Part shown: positions 17,686 to 29,400 of the stretch, in pieces | Numbering within the stretch: the stretch's first letter is position 1 | How the letters are laid out: every line of letters begins with the position of its first letter | Assembly: GCA_963844845.1 (NCBI GenBank) | Contig: CAWJPW010000011.1 | Location: 384,476 to 448,475 of the forward strand | Source: an uncultured Acidobacteriota bacterium | Lineage (GTDB): Bacteria > Acidobacteriota > Thermoanaerobaculia > Thermoanaerobaculales > Sulfomarinibacteraceae | Direction: 5' to 3' | DNA length: 64,000 nt | Made by a program: the position numbers and the translations under genes | The notes under the pieces: generated by a model | Seen by the model: only the letters and a program-made list of their open reading frames with translations | The model's database searches: none | What the model was told of the DNA's origin: nothing

Positions 17686-18315
17686 TCAGGCGCTCAGTGC
17701 CTTGAGCGCGTTGGCGTCCACCTCGATGCGGTGTCTGGCCCGCAGCATCTCCATGAGCACCCGCGCGCGCTGGCCGCCCCGCATGTAGCCGTGGAAGATG
17801 CCCTCGTAGCCCCGCAGCGGGCCGGCCATCACCCGGACCCTCTGGCCCTTGGTGAGCTTGTCGAGGAAGGTCTCGGGCACGATGTAACCGTGCTCGGCCT
17901 CCTTCTCGCGCAGGTAGTCGATGAGGCTCTGATCAACCGTGGCCAGCTCCCCCGCGAACACAACCGGGTGGAGAACGCCCGGGCAGAAGCGCACGGCGTT
18001 GAGCTCCTCGGGCAGCCGGCAGCTGACGAAGATGTAGCTGGAGAAGAGCGGCATCGGGCCACGTGGGGCCCGCGTGTGCCACGGCGGCTCGAGGAACATG
18101 GGGCAGTACGGCTCCACCCCCCGCTGGACAAGATGGCGCATGGCGATCCGCTCCTGGCGGGGCTTGGTCCGCATCACCAGCCAGTGCAGACTGCAGTCGA
18201 GCGCTACAGTATCGACGCGACCCTCCCTTTCTCGATCCTCGCCCGAATTATGTGAACCTCGCGCCCGCCGTGTCAAGGTGAGCCGGAGGAGGGGCAAGCA
18301 GTCTCGTGCCGCCAA
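17686..18315 (-). CDS. NusG-family specialised transcription antiterminator paralogue (RfaH/UpxY/LoaP/TaA-like)
   Basis: NGN-like HWLVMRTKPRQERIAMRHLVQRGVEPYCPMF...PLFSSYIFV. KOW-like GQRVRVMAGPLRGYEGIF. It is the first gene of the co-directional polysaccharide string. The start is uncertain: the track uses TTG at 18315, and the internal GTG/ATG at 18177/18174 would truncate the NGN strand. Confidence 0.75.
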   Translation of the reverse strand: MAARDCLPLLRLTLTRRARGSHNSGEDREREGRVDTVALDCSLHWLVMRTKPRQERIAMRHLVQRGVEPYCPMFLEPPWHTRAPRGPMPLFSSYIFVSCRLPEELNAVRFCPGVLHPVVFAGELATVDQSLIDYLREKEAEHGYIVPETFLDKLTKGQRVRVMAGPLRGYEGIFHGYMRGGQRARVLMEMLRARHRIEVDANALKALSA

Positions 18316-18423
18316 TCCAACCCCAGCAGCTGCAACGAGCTCGGGCGCTCAGGATCCTCGAGTCCACAGAGAGTGTCACGCCGGACACGGCCCACCACCA
18401 ACGGGCTCGAGTATGATCCAGGC

Positions 18424-19566
18424 ATGGCGCTGGACCTCAAGCGATGGTTGGCGGAGTTTCCGGTACGGGAGCACTTTCTCTACCTGGATCACGCCGCGGT
18501 GTGCCCCCTCCCCCGCCCGGTGGCGGAGGCGATGCGGCGGCGCATCGCGGGTCAGGAGGAGAACGGCTACGCCAAGGCCGACGAGTGGCGCCAGCAGATT
18601 CTCAGCTGCCGGCACCTGGGCAGCCAGCTGCTGGGCTGCGGCCCCGAGGACGTCTCGGTGGTGCGCAGCACCTCGGAGGGGCTCAGCCTGGTGGCGCAGG
18701 GGCTCGACTGGCACGAGGGCGACGAGGTCCTCGTGGGCGAGGAGGAGTTCGCGGCCAACGTCGCGCCCTGGCTCGCCCTCGCAACGCGCGGCGTGCGGGT
18801 GGTGCGCTTTCCGGAGCCCGACGGCCGGGTGGACCCCGCTGTGGTGGCCGAGCACCTCACCCCCCGCACCCGGGTGCTGGCGATCTCCTGGGTGGCCTTC
18901 CACACCGGCTGGATCGCACCGCTGGCCCAGCTCGGGGCGCGCTGCCACGACAACGGCACCCTGATGGTAGTCGACGCCATCCAGGGGCTCGGCGTGCTGC
19001 CCATGGACATGCGCGCCCTCGGCGCCGACGCGGTGGTGGCGGACGGCCACAAGTGGCTGCTGGGCCCGGAAGGAGCGGGGCTGCTGGGCACCACCCCCGA
19101 GCTGCGGGCGCGGCTGCAGCCGGTGCTCGGGGGGTGGCGCAACGTCACCCTGGCGCGCGGCGACTTCTTCCTGCGCACGCTGGAGTGGCTGGAGGACGGC
19201 CGGCGCTTCGAACCCGGCGCCGCCAACGAGGTGGGGATCGCCGGCCTGGCCGCCGCCCTCGACCTCGTCTCCGAGGTGGATCGGGAGGTGATCCAGGCGC
19301 GGGTGGAGAACCTGGCGCGGCTGCTCACCCGCATCCTCCTGGCACACGGCTGGGACGTGCTCTCGCCGGGCTCGGGTCACCCCATCGCCGGCATCGTCGC
19401 GGCGCGCCACCCCAACATCCCGGCCCGTGAGGCCCGCCGGCGGCTGGCCGAGCGCCGGGTGGTGTGCTCGGCGCGCCAGGGCTACCTCCGCCTCTCGCCA
19501 CACTTCTACATCACCAAGGGGGAGCTGGAAGCCTTCGACCGGATCCTCGAGAAGGCGGGGATGTAG
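18424..19566 (+). CDS. Class-V aminotransferase (cysteine desulfurase/selenocysteine lyase-like)
   Basis: From the ATG at 18424: MALDLKRWLAEFPVREHFLYLDHAAVCPLP.... PLP-lysine context is ADGHKWLLGPEGAGLL. C-terminus is GYLRLSPHFY. Confidence 0.8.
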   Translation: MALDLKRWLAEFPVREHFLYLDHAAVCPLPRPVAEAMRRRIAGQEENGYAKADEWRQQILSCRHLGSQLLGCGPEDVSVVRSTSEGLSLVAQGLDWHEGDEVLVGEEEFAANVAPWLALATRGVRVVRFPEPDGRVDPAVVAEHLTPRTRVLAISWVAFHTGWIAPLAQLGARCHDNGTLMVVDAIQGLGVLPMDMRALGADAVVADGHKWLLGPEGAGLLGTTPELRARLQPVLGGWRNVTLARGDFFLRTLEWLEDGRRFEPGAANEVGIAGLAAALDLVSEVDREVIQARVENLARLLTRILLAHGWDVLSPGSGHPIAGIVAARHPNIPAREARRRLAERRVVCSARQGYLRLSPHFYITKGELEAFDRILEKAGM

Positions 19567-19576
19567 GGCCGGGCAC

Positions 19577-20160
19577 GGGAGACGGAAGTCGGTAGAAGGA
19601 AAACGCTTCCCCCGCCCGCCCCCGTGGCCGGGTGACCGGGGCAGGGACCGCGGCAGGGGCAGCGTCAGGGTCAGGGGCAGGGACAGGGGCAGGGTCCGGC
19701 GACCGGCGACCGGCGGCCGGGGCCGTGGACCGGGGCCGGGGCCGTTGGCAGGGGCCGGGACCGCGTGCGTGTGCGCGTCCGGGATCGTGGGTCGAGTCCG
19801 TCCCGGAGCACCTGCCCTCCGGCGGACGTGCCACCTCCGACACTTTTCCTTCGAGCGCCTCCTCGCGTTGAAGCGCGCTCGGGGAAACAGTGTCGGGGGT
19901 GGCAATCACGGCCCTTGGCGTTCGCAGAAGTGGCCCCGAACCACGAGGCAGGCGACTCGGCGCTGGGACCCGGGGGCGGCCTCGTTGCCGTCTGTCAGCT
20001 CGTGTCGTCGCCGCCCCCGGGGCCGCGTCGACGGGCGGCACAGCCGCCCGGGAGCCGGTCTCCGCAGCTGCGGTGACCGCGACCCTCGCGGAGGACCGCC
20101 GCACCCCGCAGCTGGGTGGGCGGGGGAAGCTTCTTCCTTCTCCCCCTCTTCCTTCTCCCG
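19577..20160. repeat. ORF-less composite cassette bounded by a type A/type B inverted arm pair
   Basis: Arm A (19577-19623) is GGGAGACGGAAGTCGGTAGAAGGAAAACGCTTCCCCCGCCCGCCCCC. The reverse complement of arm B (20115-20160) is CGGGAGAAGGAAGAGGGGGAGAAGGAAGAAGCTTCCCCCGCCCACCC. The interior holds a GGGNCA-type hexamer tract (19626-19770) and copy 1 of the ~250-nt structured repeat (19819-20068). Confidence 0.8.
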
Positions 20161-20207
20161 TGATCGGGCGCCGACACAGCCCTCCGTCCTTGCTATGATG
20201 AAGAGCT

Positions 20208-22916
<2,709 letters not shown>

Positions 22917-23042
22917 ACAGCGGGCGGCCCCGACCGGAAGGCGATCTCACGTTTGCCGGTGCGCGGGCTCGATCTGCGCACGACGCCCCGGCGGCCCCGG
23001 CCTTGTGGTAGCGTGATCTCGTACCAACACCGAGGAGGCGAC

Positions 23043-23228
23043 ATGGCGTCCCCCGACTACCTGATCTGCCTGGAGTGCGAGAGCCCCGTCTACATTTTCG
23101 AGTGGCATGACGACAAGGTCACCGAGGCGATCTGCACGGCCTGTGGGGCGGACGACCCCGCCGGCTTCGCCTCCCCCGAGGAGTACGAGGCGCTGGCGAT
23201 GGACGACCGCTTCAGCGACAAGGATTGA
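23043..23228 (+). CDS. Small zinc-ribbon-like protein (61 aa)
   Basis: MASPDYLICLECESPVYIFEWHDDKVTEAICTACGADDP... has two CxxC pairs. GAGGAGG lies 5-6 nt upstream of the ATG at 23043. The acidic C-terminal tail is unassigned. Confidence 0.5.
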   Translation: MASPDYLICLECESPVYIFEWHDDKVTEAICTACGADDPAGFASPEEYEALAMDDRFSDKD

Positions 23229-23336
23229 CCGTCGACCGCCGGCGCCGCGGCGGACGACAGAATCCGGCGGCCGCGGGCGGTGTTTGAGGTGGGAGAGTGG
23301 GGAGCGGGTCGCGTCCGCGACGCCGCGTGAGGGGAC

Positions 23337-25364
23337 ATGGCGACCATTACTTTTCTCTGGCATCTGCACCAGCCGTGCTATCGCACTGCTGACAACGTCG
23401 CCCACGCGCCCTGGGCCATCGTCCACGCGGGCGGCTCGTACGCCACCCTGGCCGGCGCCATCACCGAGACGGGCGCCCGCGGGCAGGTGGTGAACCTGGT
23501 GCCCACTCTCGTGGAGCAGGTCGAGGCCTACCACGGCGGCCGGGTACACGACCCGCTGGTGCGGGCCCTCACCCATCGCGCCGCGGAGCTCTCCGGCGAC
23601 GAGCGCGAGCGTCTCCTGGACTGGGGCTTTCACGTACCCGGCCGGCAGCTGGAACGCTATCCGCGGCTTCGCGAGCTGGCCGCGCGCCGCGGCAGCGGCG
23701 ACGATCCTGCCCGCCTGGCGGCGCGCTTCGGAACCGCCGACCTGCGCGACCTCCAGGTGCTGTTCATTCTCGCCCAGGCGGGCGAGCAGGCGTGGCGCGA
23801 CGAGCGCCTCGAGGAGCTGCACGGGACCCGCCGCGGCTTCGGTGAGGACGACCACGCCCGGGCCGCGGCGTGGCTCGAGGCGCAGCCGGGGGAGCTGCTG
23901 GAGCGCTGGCAGCGACTCGACGCCCAGGACGGCGTCGAGATCGCCACCAGCCCCTATGCCCACCCCATCATGCCGCTGCTGTGCGACACCGGCATCGTGA
24001 GCGAAAGCTGGGCGCCGGAGCCGGCCCCGCCTGCCCCGCCCTTCCAGCACCCGGAGGACGCCCGCGCTCAGCTCGCCGCCGGCCTCGGCTTCATGGCCGA
24101 ACGCGGCTTCACGGTGAGCGGCTGCTGGCCCCCCGAAGGCTCGGTGTCCGCCGCCGCGGTGCAGATCTACGCCGACGCCGGCGTGCGCTGGCTGGTTACC
24201 GACGAGGGCATCCTCGCCCGCAGCCTCGGGCGTGACCTGCGGCCCGGCGGCGCCACCATTCCCGAGCTCTACCGGCCGTGGCGCCCCACCACGCCGAGCC
24301 CGATGATCTTCTTCCGCGACCGCTGGCTGTCGGACACGATCGGCTTCGTGTACGGCCACTGGGAGGACGAGGGGCGCGCCGCCGCCGACCTCGTCCGCCA
24401 CCTCACGGTCCTCGCTCAGCGGCTGCCGGCGGACGCCGCCGTGGTCATCGCCATGGACGGCGAGAACGCCTGGCTGCATTACCCAGACGCCGGTGGACGG
24501 TTCCTGCGCGAGCTGTTCGGCCGCCTCAACGACGCCGGGCCCGACCTGGAGCCCGCCACCTTCGCCGAGCTCTCCGCCCGCCTCGAACCGGCCACCCTCC
24601 CCCGTCTGCACCCCGGCTCGTGGATCGGCGGGACCTTCGCCACCTGGATCGGCCATCCTGAGAAGAGCCGCGGCTGGGAGATCCTCGGCGCCGTGCGCGA
24701 GGCGGTGGCGGCGGCTCCCAACCCACGACCCGAGTCGCTGCTGGTGGCCGAGGCTTCGGACTGGTTCTGGTGGCTGGGAGACGACAACCCCACCGAGCTG
24801 GCGCCGCTTTATGACGAGATCTTCCGCCGCCACCTCGGCGACGTGTGCCGGCAGGCGGGCATCGAGCCGCCGGTGGACCTGGACCAGCCTCTCAAGTCGG
24901 CCACGCTCCCGGTGCGGGTCCCGGTGTCGCGGCAGTGGCCCGCGCCGGTGCTCGACGGCGCCAAGACGACCTACTTCGAGTGGTCGCTTGCGGCGTGGGT
25001 GGAAGCTGAGAGCCCGCAACCCTTGCGCCGCCTCGCCTTGTGGAGCAGCGGCGAGACCCTCTTCTTGCTGGTGGAGACCGAGGGCGCGGCGCGCGAGCTG
25101 GTGGACGGCGGCCGCCTGGTCGTGCGTCTGACCGCGTCCGACGGCTCGGAGGTGGTGGCCACCGCCACCGCCGACGGCTGCGAGCCGCCCGCGGTACGCT
25201 GCGCCATCGGCCGGGTGGCGGAGCTGGCGATCCCCTGGGACGGCCGCCCGGGGCATCGGCTCGAGGTGCGCGTCGGGCCCCACCGCCTACCCGAGGAGGC
25301 CATCCTGCTGCTCGAGCCGACACCCGTCGACGAAGAGCTCACCCCATCTCAACCAGAGGAGTGA
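23337..25364 (+). CDS. Glycoside hydrolase family 57 protein (alpha-glucan-active)
   Basis: N-terminus MATITFLWHLHQPCYR (GH57 'HQP' start), then SPYAHPIMPLL, then MDGENAW. 675 aa. Confidence 0.75.
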   Translation: MATITFLWHLHQPCYRTADNVAHAPWAIVHAGGSYATLAGAITETGARGQVVNLVPTLVEQVEAYHGGRVHDPLVRALTHRAAELSGDERERLLDWGFHVPGRQLERYPRLRELAARRGSGDDPARLAARFGTADLRDLQVLFILAQAGEQAWRDERLEELHGTRRGFGEDDHARAAAWLEAQPGELLERWQRLDAQDGVEIATSPYAHPIMPLLCDTGIVSESWAPEPAPPAPPFQHPEDARAQLAAGLGFMAERGFTVSGCWPPEGSVSAAAVQIYADAGVRWLVTDEGILARSLGRDLRPGGATIPELYRPWRPTTPSPMIFFRDRWLSDTIGFVYGHWEDEGRAAADLVRHLTVLAQRLPADAAVVIAMDGENAWLHYPDAGGRFLRELFGRLNDAGPDLEPATFAELSARLEPATLPRLHPGSWIGGTFATWIGHPEKSRGWEILGAVREAVAAAPNPRPESLLVAEASDWFWWLGDDNPTELAPLYDEIFRRHLGDVCRQAGIEPPVDLDQPLKSATLPVRVPVSRQWPAPVLDGAKTTYFEWSLAAWVEAESPQPLRRLALWSSGETLFLLVETEGAARELVDGGRLVVRLTASDGSEVVATATADGCEPPAVRCAIGRVAELAIPWDGRPGHRLEVRVGPHRLPEEAILLLEPTPVDEELTPSQPEE

Positions 25365-25366
25365 TC

Positions 25367-26422
25367 GTGTCCGAGCTACGCTTCGACCCCTTCAAGCTGC
25401 GCTGGACGATCATCGCCCCCGAGCGCAAGACGAGGCCGCACGAGTTCGCGGTGCCCCGCCCCCCGCATGCGCCCCCGGCCGATCCCGGCGACTGCCCCTT
25501 CGAGCAGGGCCAGGAGCACCGCACGCCACACGAGATCCTGGTGATCCCGCGCGAGGAGCGCTCCGGCAGCGGCCCCGACTGGCAGGTGCGCGTGGTTCCC
25601 AACAAGTTCCCGGTTCTGCGGGTCGAGGGCGCCGTCGAGCGCGAGGGGGTGGGGCTGTGGGACCGGGTCAACGGCATCGGGGCGCACGAGGTGATCGTCG
25701 AGAACCCCGACCACCACCGCGAGATGGTCGACCTCTCGGTGCGCGAGCTCGAGATGGTGCTGCAGGCCTACCGGGCGCGGCTCAACGACCTCCGACGCGA
25801 CCTCCGCCTGCGCTATATCCTGCTCTTCAAGAATAGGGGGCGCGAGGCCGGCGCCTCCCTCGCCCATCCCCACTCGCAACTCATCGCGACACCCATCATT
25901 CCGACCTTTGTGGTGCAGGAGCTGCGCACCGCGCGCGAGCACTTCCACCACAAGGAGCGCTGTCTCCTGTGCGACGTGGTCCGGGAGGAGCAGCGCCTGG
26001 GCGAGCGCGTGGCCCTGGAGACCGAGCGCTTCATCGCCCTGGAGCCCTTCGCGGCCGGCTTCCCGTTCGAGACCTGGATCATGCCGACCCGGCACAGCCA
26101 CGACTTTGCCGCGGCCACCGACGACGACCTCCACCATCTCGCGGTGATCGTGCGCGACTTCCTCCGCCGCATGCGGGTGCTGCTCAACGACCCGCCCTAC
26201 AACATGGTGCTGCACACTGCCCCGAGCCCGCACCCGCGGCCCGGTCAGCCCGCCTACTGGTCGACCATCGAGCAGGACTACCACTGGCACCTGGAGGTGA
26301 TCCCCCGCATCACCCGCATCGCCGGCTTCGAATGGGGTTCGGGCTTCACCATCAACCCGACTCCCCCCGAGGAGGCGGCACGGTATCTCCAGGACGCCGA
26401 TCCCGAGGGCTGGGGAGAGTAG
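25367..26422 (+). CDS. Galactose-1-phosphate uridylyltransferase-family (GalT-like, HIT superfamily) nucleotidyltransferase
   Basis: From the GTG at 25367 (AGGAG 6 nt upstream): VSELRFDPFKLRWTIIAPERKTRPHEF...VVPNKFPVL...FKNRGREAGASLAHPHSQLIATP. The track ORF from 25040 overlaps the GH57 gene and is over-extended. Confidence 0.75.
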   Translation: MSELRFDPFKLRWTIIAPERKTRPHEFAVPRPPHAPPADPGDCPFEQGQEHRTPHEILVIPREERSGSGPDWQVRVVPNKFPVLRVEGAVEREGVGLWDRVNGIGAHEVIVENPDHHREMVDLSVRELEMVLQAYRARLNDLRRDLRLRYILLFKNRGREAGASLAHPHSQLIATPIIPTFVVQELRTAREHFHHKERCLLCDVVREEQRLGERVALETERFIALEPFAAGFPFETWIMPTRHSHDFAAATDDDLHHLAVIVRDFLRRMRVLLNDPPYNMVLHTAPSPHPRPGQPAYWSTIEQDYHWHLEVIPRITRIAGFEWGSGFTINPTPPEEAARYLQDADPEGWGE

Positions 26423-26470
26423 CGCGTCCGTCGCTCCAGTGTCGATGCGGCGCCTGCAGACGCGCCCGCC

Positions 26471-29400
26471 ATGGCAGTAGACCCTCCGAAAGATGGCCAG
26501 ATGGACGGCACACCGGGTTACGATGGTCTCCCGGCCTTGAAAGCCGAGCGGAACGCGCGCCACACTCGCAGCGGTCCTCTCGCGACCGGGGCAGGCGGGA
26601 GCTCCGCAATGGCCGTGACCAAGAAGATCCGGGGAGGACTGGGGCCGAGGTGGTTCAGCCGCCTTGCTGCCGGGCTCCTGTTACCTCCTCTCGACGGCGG
26701 GCTCGCCGCCCCCGCCGAGCGACTCTCCGGCGCCGCCTGGTGGTCACCCCTCATCAGCCTCGCCGCCATCACCGCCGCCGTCGTCTTCCTGCTGGTGGCT
26801 CTGCACGAGCGGCGGCGCGCCGTGACCGAGCGCAAGCTCGGCGATGCCCGTAACCGTGTGCTCCGAACGGTTCACGCCGTCCACCAGCTCGTCGAGCGTG
26901 AGCGGGATCCCCAGCGCCTGCTCGAGAGAGTCTGCGCCATCCTGGCGGAGCACGGCGGCTTCGTCATGGCCTGGGTGGGCGTGGCCTCGCCGGATGGCCG
27001 CGTGGTTCCGCGCGCAGCGGCGGGTCGTGACACCGACTACCTCGAGACGGTGGAGATCCGCTACGACAACAGCCCGATGGGACGGGGACCCACCGGAACG
27101 GCGCTGCGCGAGAAGCGCACCATCATCGCCCAGGACTGGCGGGCCGACGACACGATGCGCCCGTGGCTCGAGCAGGGCGCTCTCCGGGGCTACCGCTCGA
27201 GCCTCGCGACCCCGATCCGGACCGGCGAGACCGAGGTCGCCGTGCTGTCGGTCTACCACGGCCAACCGGACGCGTTCGACGGCGAGACGCTCGCCCTCCT
27301 CGAAGAGCTCGCAGGCGACCTCGGGCTCGCGCTCCAGGCAATCGCCCAGGAGGCGGCTCATCGGGAAGCGGATGCGGCCCTGCGCGAGAGTCACCGAGCG
27401 CTCCTGGAATCGCAGCGGGTCGCCCGCGTCGGCTCGTATCGCCTCGACGTGCGTACCGGGAGGTGGGAGAGCTCGGCGGTCCTCGACGAGCTCTTCGGCA
27501 TCGTCACCGACGACCACGTCAAGGACGTCGGAGGCTGGCTGGCAATCGTCCACCCCGACGACCGCGACGAGATGGAATCCTACCTGCAGCACGAGGTCCT
27601 GAGAGGCGGCCGTCCCTTCGACCGCGAGTACCGCATCAGGCGGCTGAGCGACGGGGGCGAACGCTGGGTGTGGGGACGGGGCCGGCTGGTTCGCGGCGCC
27701 GACGGCCGAGCAGCGGAGATGCTCGGCACCATCCTGGACGTCACCGAGCACCGACGAACCGAGGAGCGGCTGCGTGAGAGCATCGGCGGCCTCGAGGATG
27801 CCAACGAGAAGCTCCGCCTGCTGGTCGAGGGCTCATCCCACTACTTCTTCTACCTCCAGGACCTCGAAGGCGACATCACGTTCGTGTCGCCCTCGGTGGC
27901 GGGCATCACCGGGCGTCCGGTCGAGGCCTGGCTGGGCCAGAGCCACTGGTGGACAACCGACAACCCGCTCAACGACACGGCCCGCGCAGTCACCGCCCGC
28001 CACCTGGCCGGGGAGCTCGACGGCGAGCCGGTAGCCGTCGAGATCCGTCATGCCGACGGCCGCCCCATCCTGCTCGAGATCTTCGAGTCCGGCCGCTTCC
28101 GCGGGGGCCGGCTGATCGGCCTCCAGGGTGTCGCCCACGACATCACCGAGCGCCGGCGCACCGACGAGGCGCTGCGTCGGAGCGAGGAGCGCTACCGCCG
28201 CTTCTTCGAGCGCGACCTCACCGCCAACTTCATCACCCACCGCGACGGCACCATCGTCGAATGCAACCCCACATTCGTGCGCATCTTCGGCTTCGCCGAC
28301 CGGGCCGAGGCACTGGCCGCCAACGCGGTCGACCTCTTCCCCGCGCCCGACGACCGTGAGGAGTTCCTCGCACTCCTGACGACGCAACCGAACCTTGAGT
28401 ACCACGAGGTGGAGCTGCGCCGTCGCGACGGTGCTCCGCTCCACGTCATCGCCAACCTGGTCGCCGAGCTCGACGGCCGCGGTGAGGTTGTCAGCATCAC
28501 CGGCTACCTGATGGACGTCACCCAGCGCCGGAACCTCGAGGACCAGCTGCGCCAGGCGCAGAAGATGGAGGCGGTCGGTCGGCTCGCCGGAGGTGTCGCC
28601 CACGACTTCAACAACCTGCTCCAGGCCATGCTCAGCCAGATCCAGCTCGTCCAGAGCACCGCCTTCGATCCTGCCCGGCTTATCGCGGTGACCGCCGAGC
28701 TCGAGCAGCAGGTCCACCGCGGCGCGGCCCTGACGCGGCAGCTCCTGCTCTTCTCGCGGCGTGAGACCACCCGGCGCCTGCGGCTCGACCTCAACGAGGT
28801 GGTGGAGGGTCAGGCGGCCATGCTGCGCCGGCTGGTGCGCGAGAACATCGCGGTGCGGCTCGAGCTCGCCACCGAACCTCTGCCGGTGGTCGCGGACCAC
28901 GGCCAGCTCGAGCAGGTTCTCATGAACCTCACCGTCAACGCCTCCGACGCCCTCGCCCAGGGGGGCGAGCTGGCGATTCGCACCGGCTCCGGCGCAGACG
29001 GAACCGTCTGGCTGTGCGTCGAAGACGATGGTCCCGGCATTCCCCTGGAGATCCGCGACATGGTCTTCGAGCCGTTCTTTACCACCAAGGCGGCCGGAGA
29101 GGGGACGGGGCTGGGGCTTTCCGTGGTGCTCGGCATCGTCACCCAGCATCGCGGCCGGGTAGCTCTCTCCGGGCGTGAGGGCGGGGGCACGGCCGTACGG
29201 GTGTTTCTGCCGCGGGCTCGTGAGCCTGACGAGCCCGCCACCGACACCGGCGTAATGCCCCGCGCCACCTCCCCCCACGGCTCCGGCGAGCGCGTCCTCC
29301 TGGTGGAGGACGAGCCCATGGCGCGGGCGGGCCTCGCCGAGCTGCTCGGCGTGCTGCGCTACGAGGCCGTGGCGGTGGGCAGTGCCGAGGAGGCGATGGA

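Noticed and set aside
13427-20160. Integron cassettes or a prophage/genomic island as the explanation for the bounded cassettes.
   Set aside because: There is no integrase, attI or attC-like R''-L''/L'-R' structure. The arms flank the cargo on both sides in inverted orientation, unlike attC. No phage structural or replication genes were seen.
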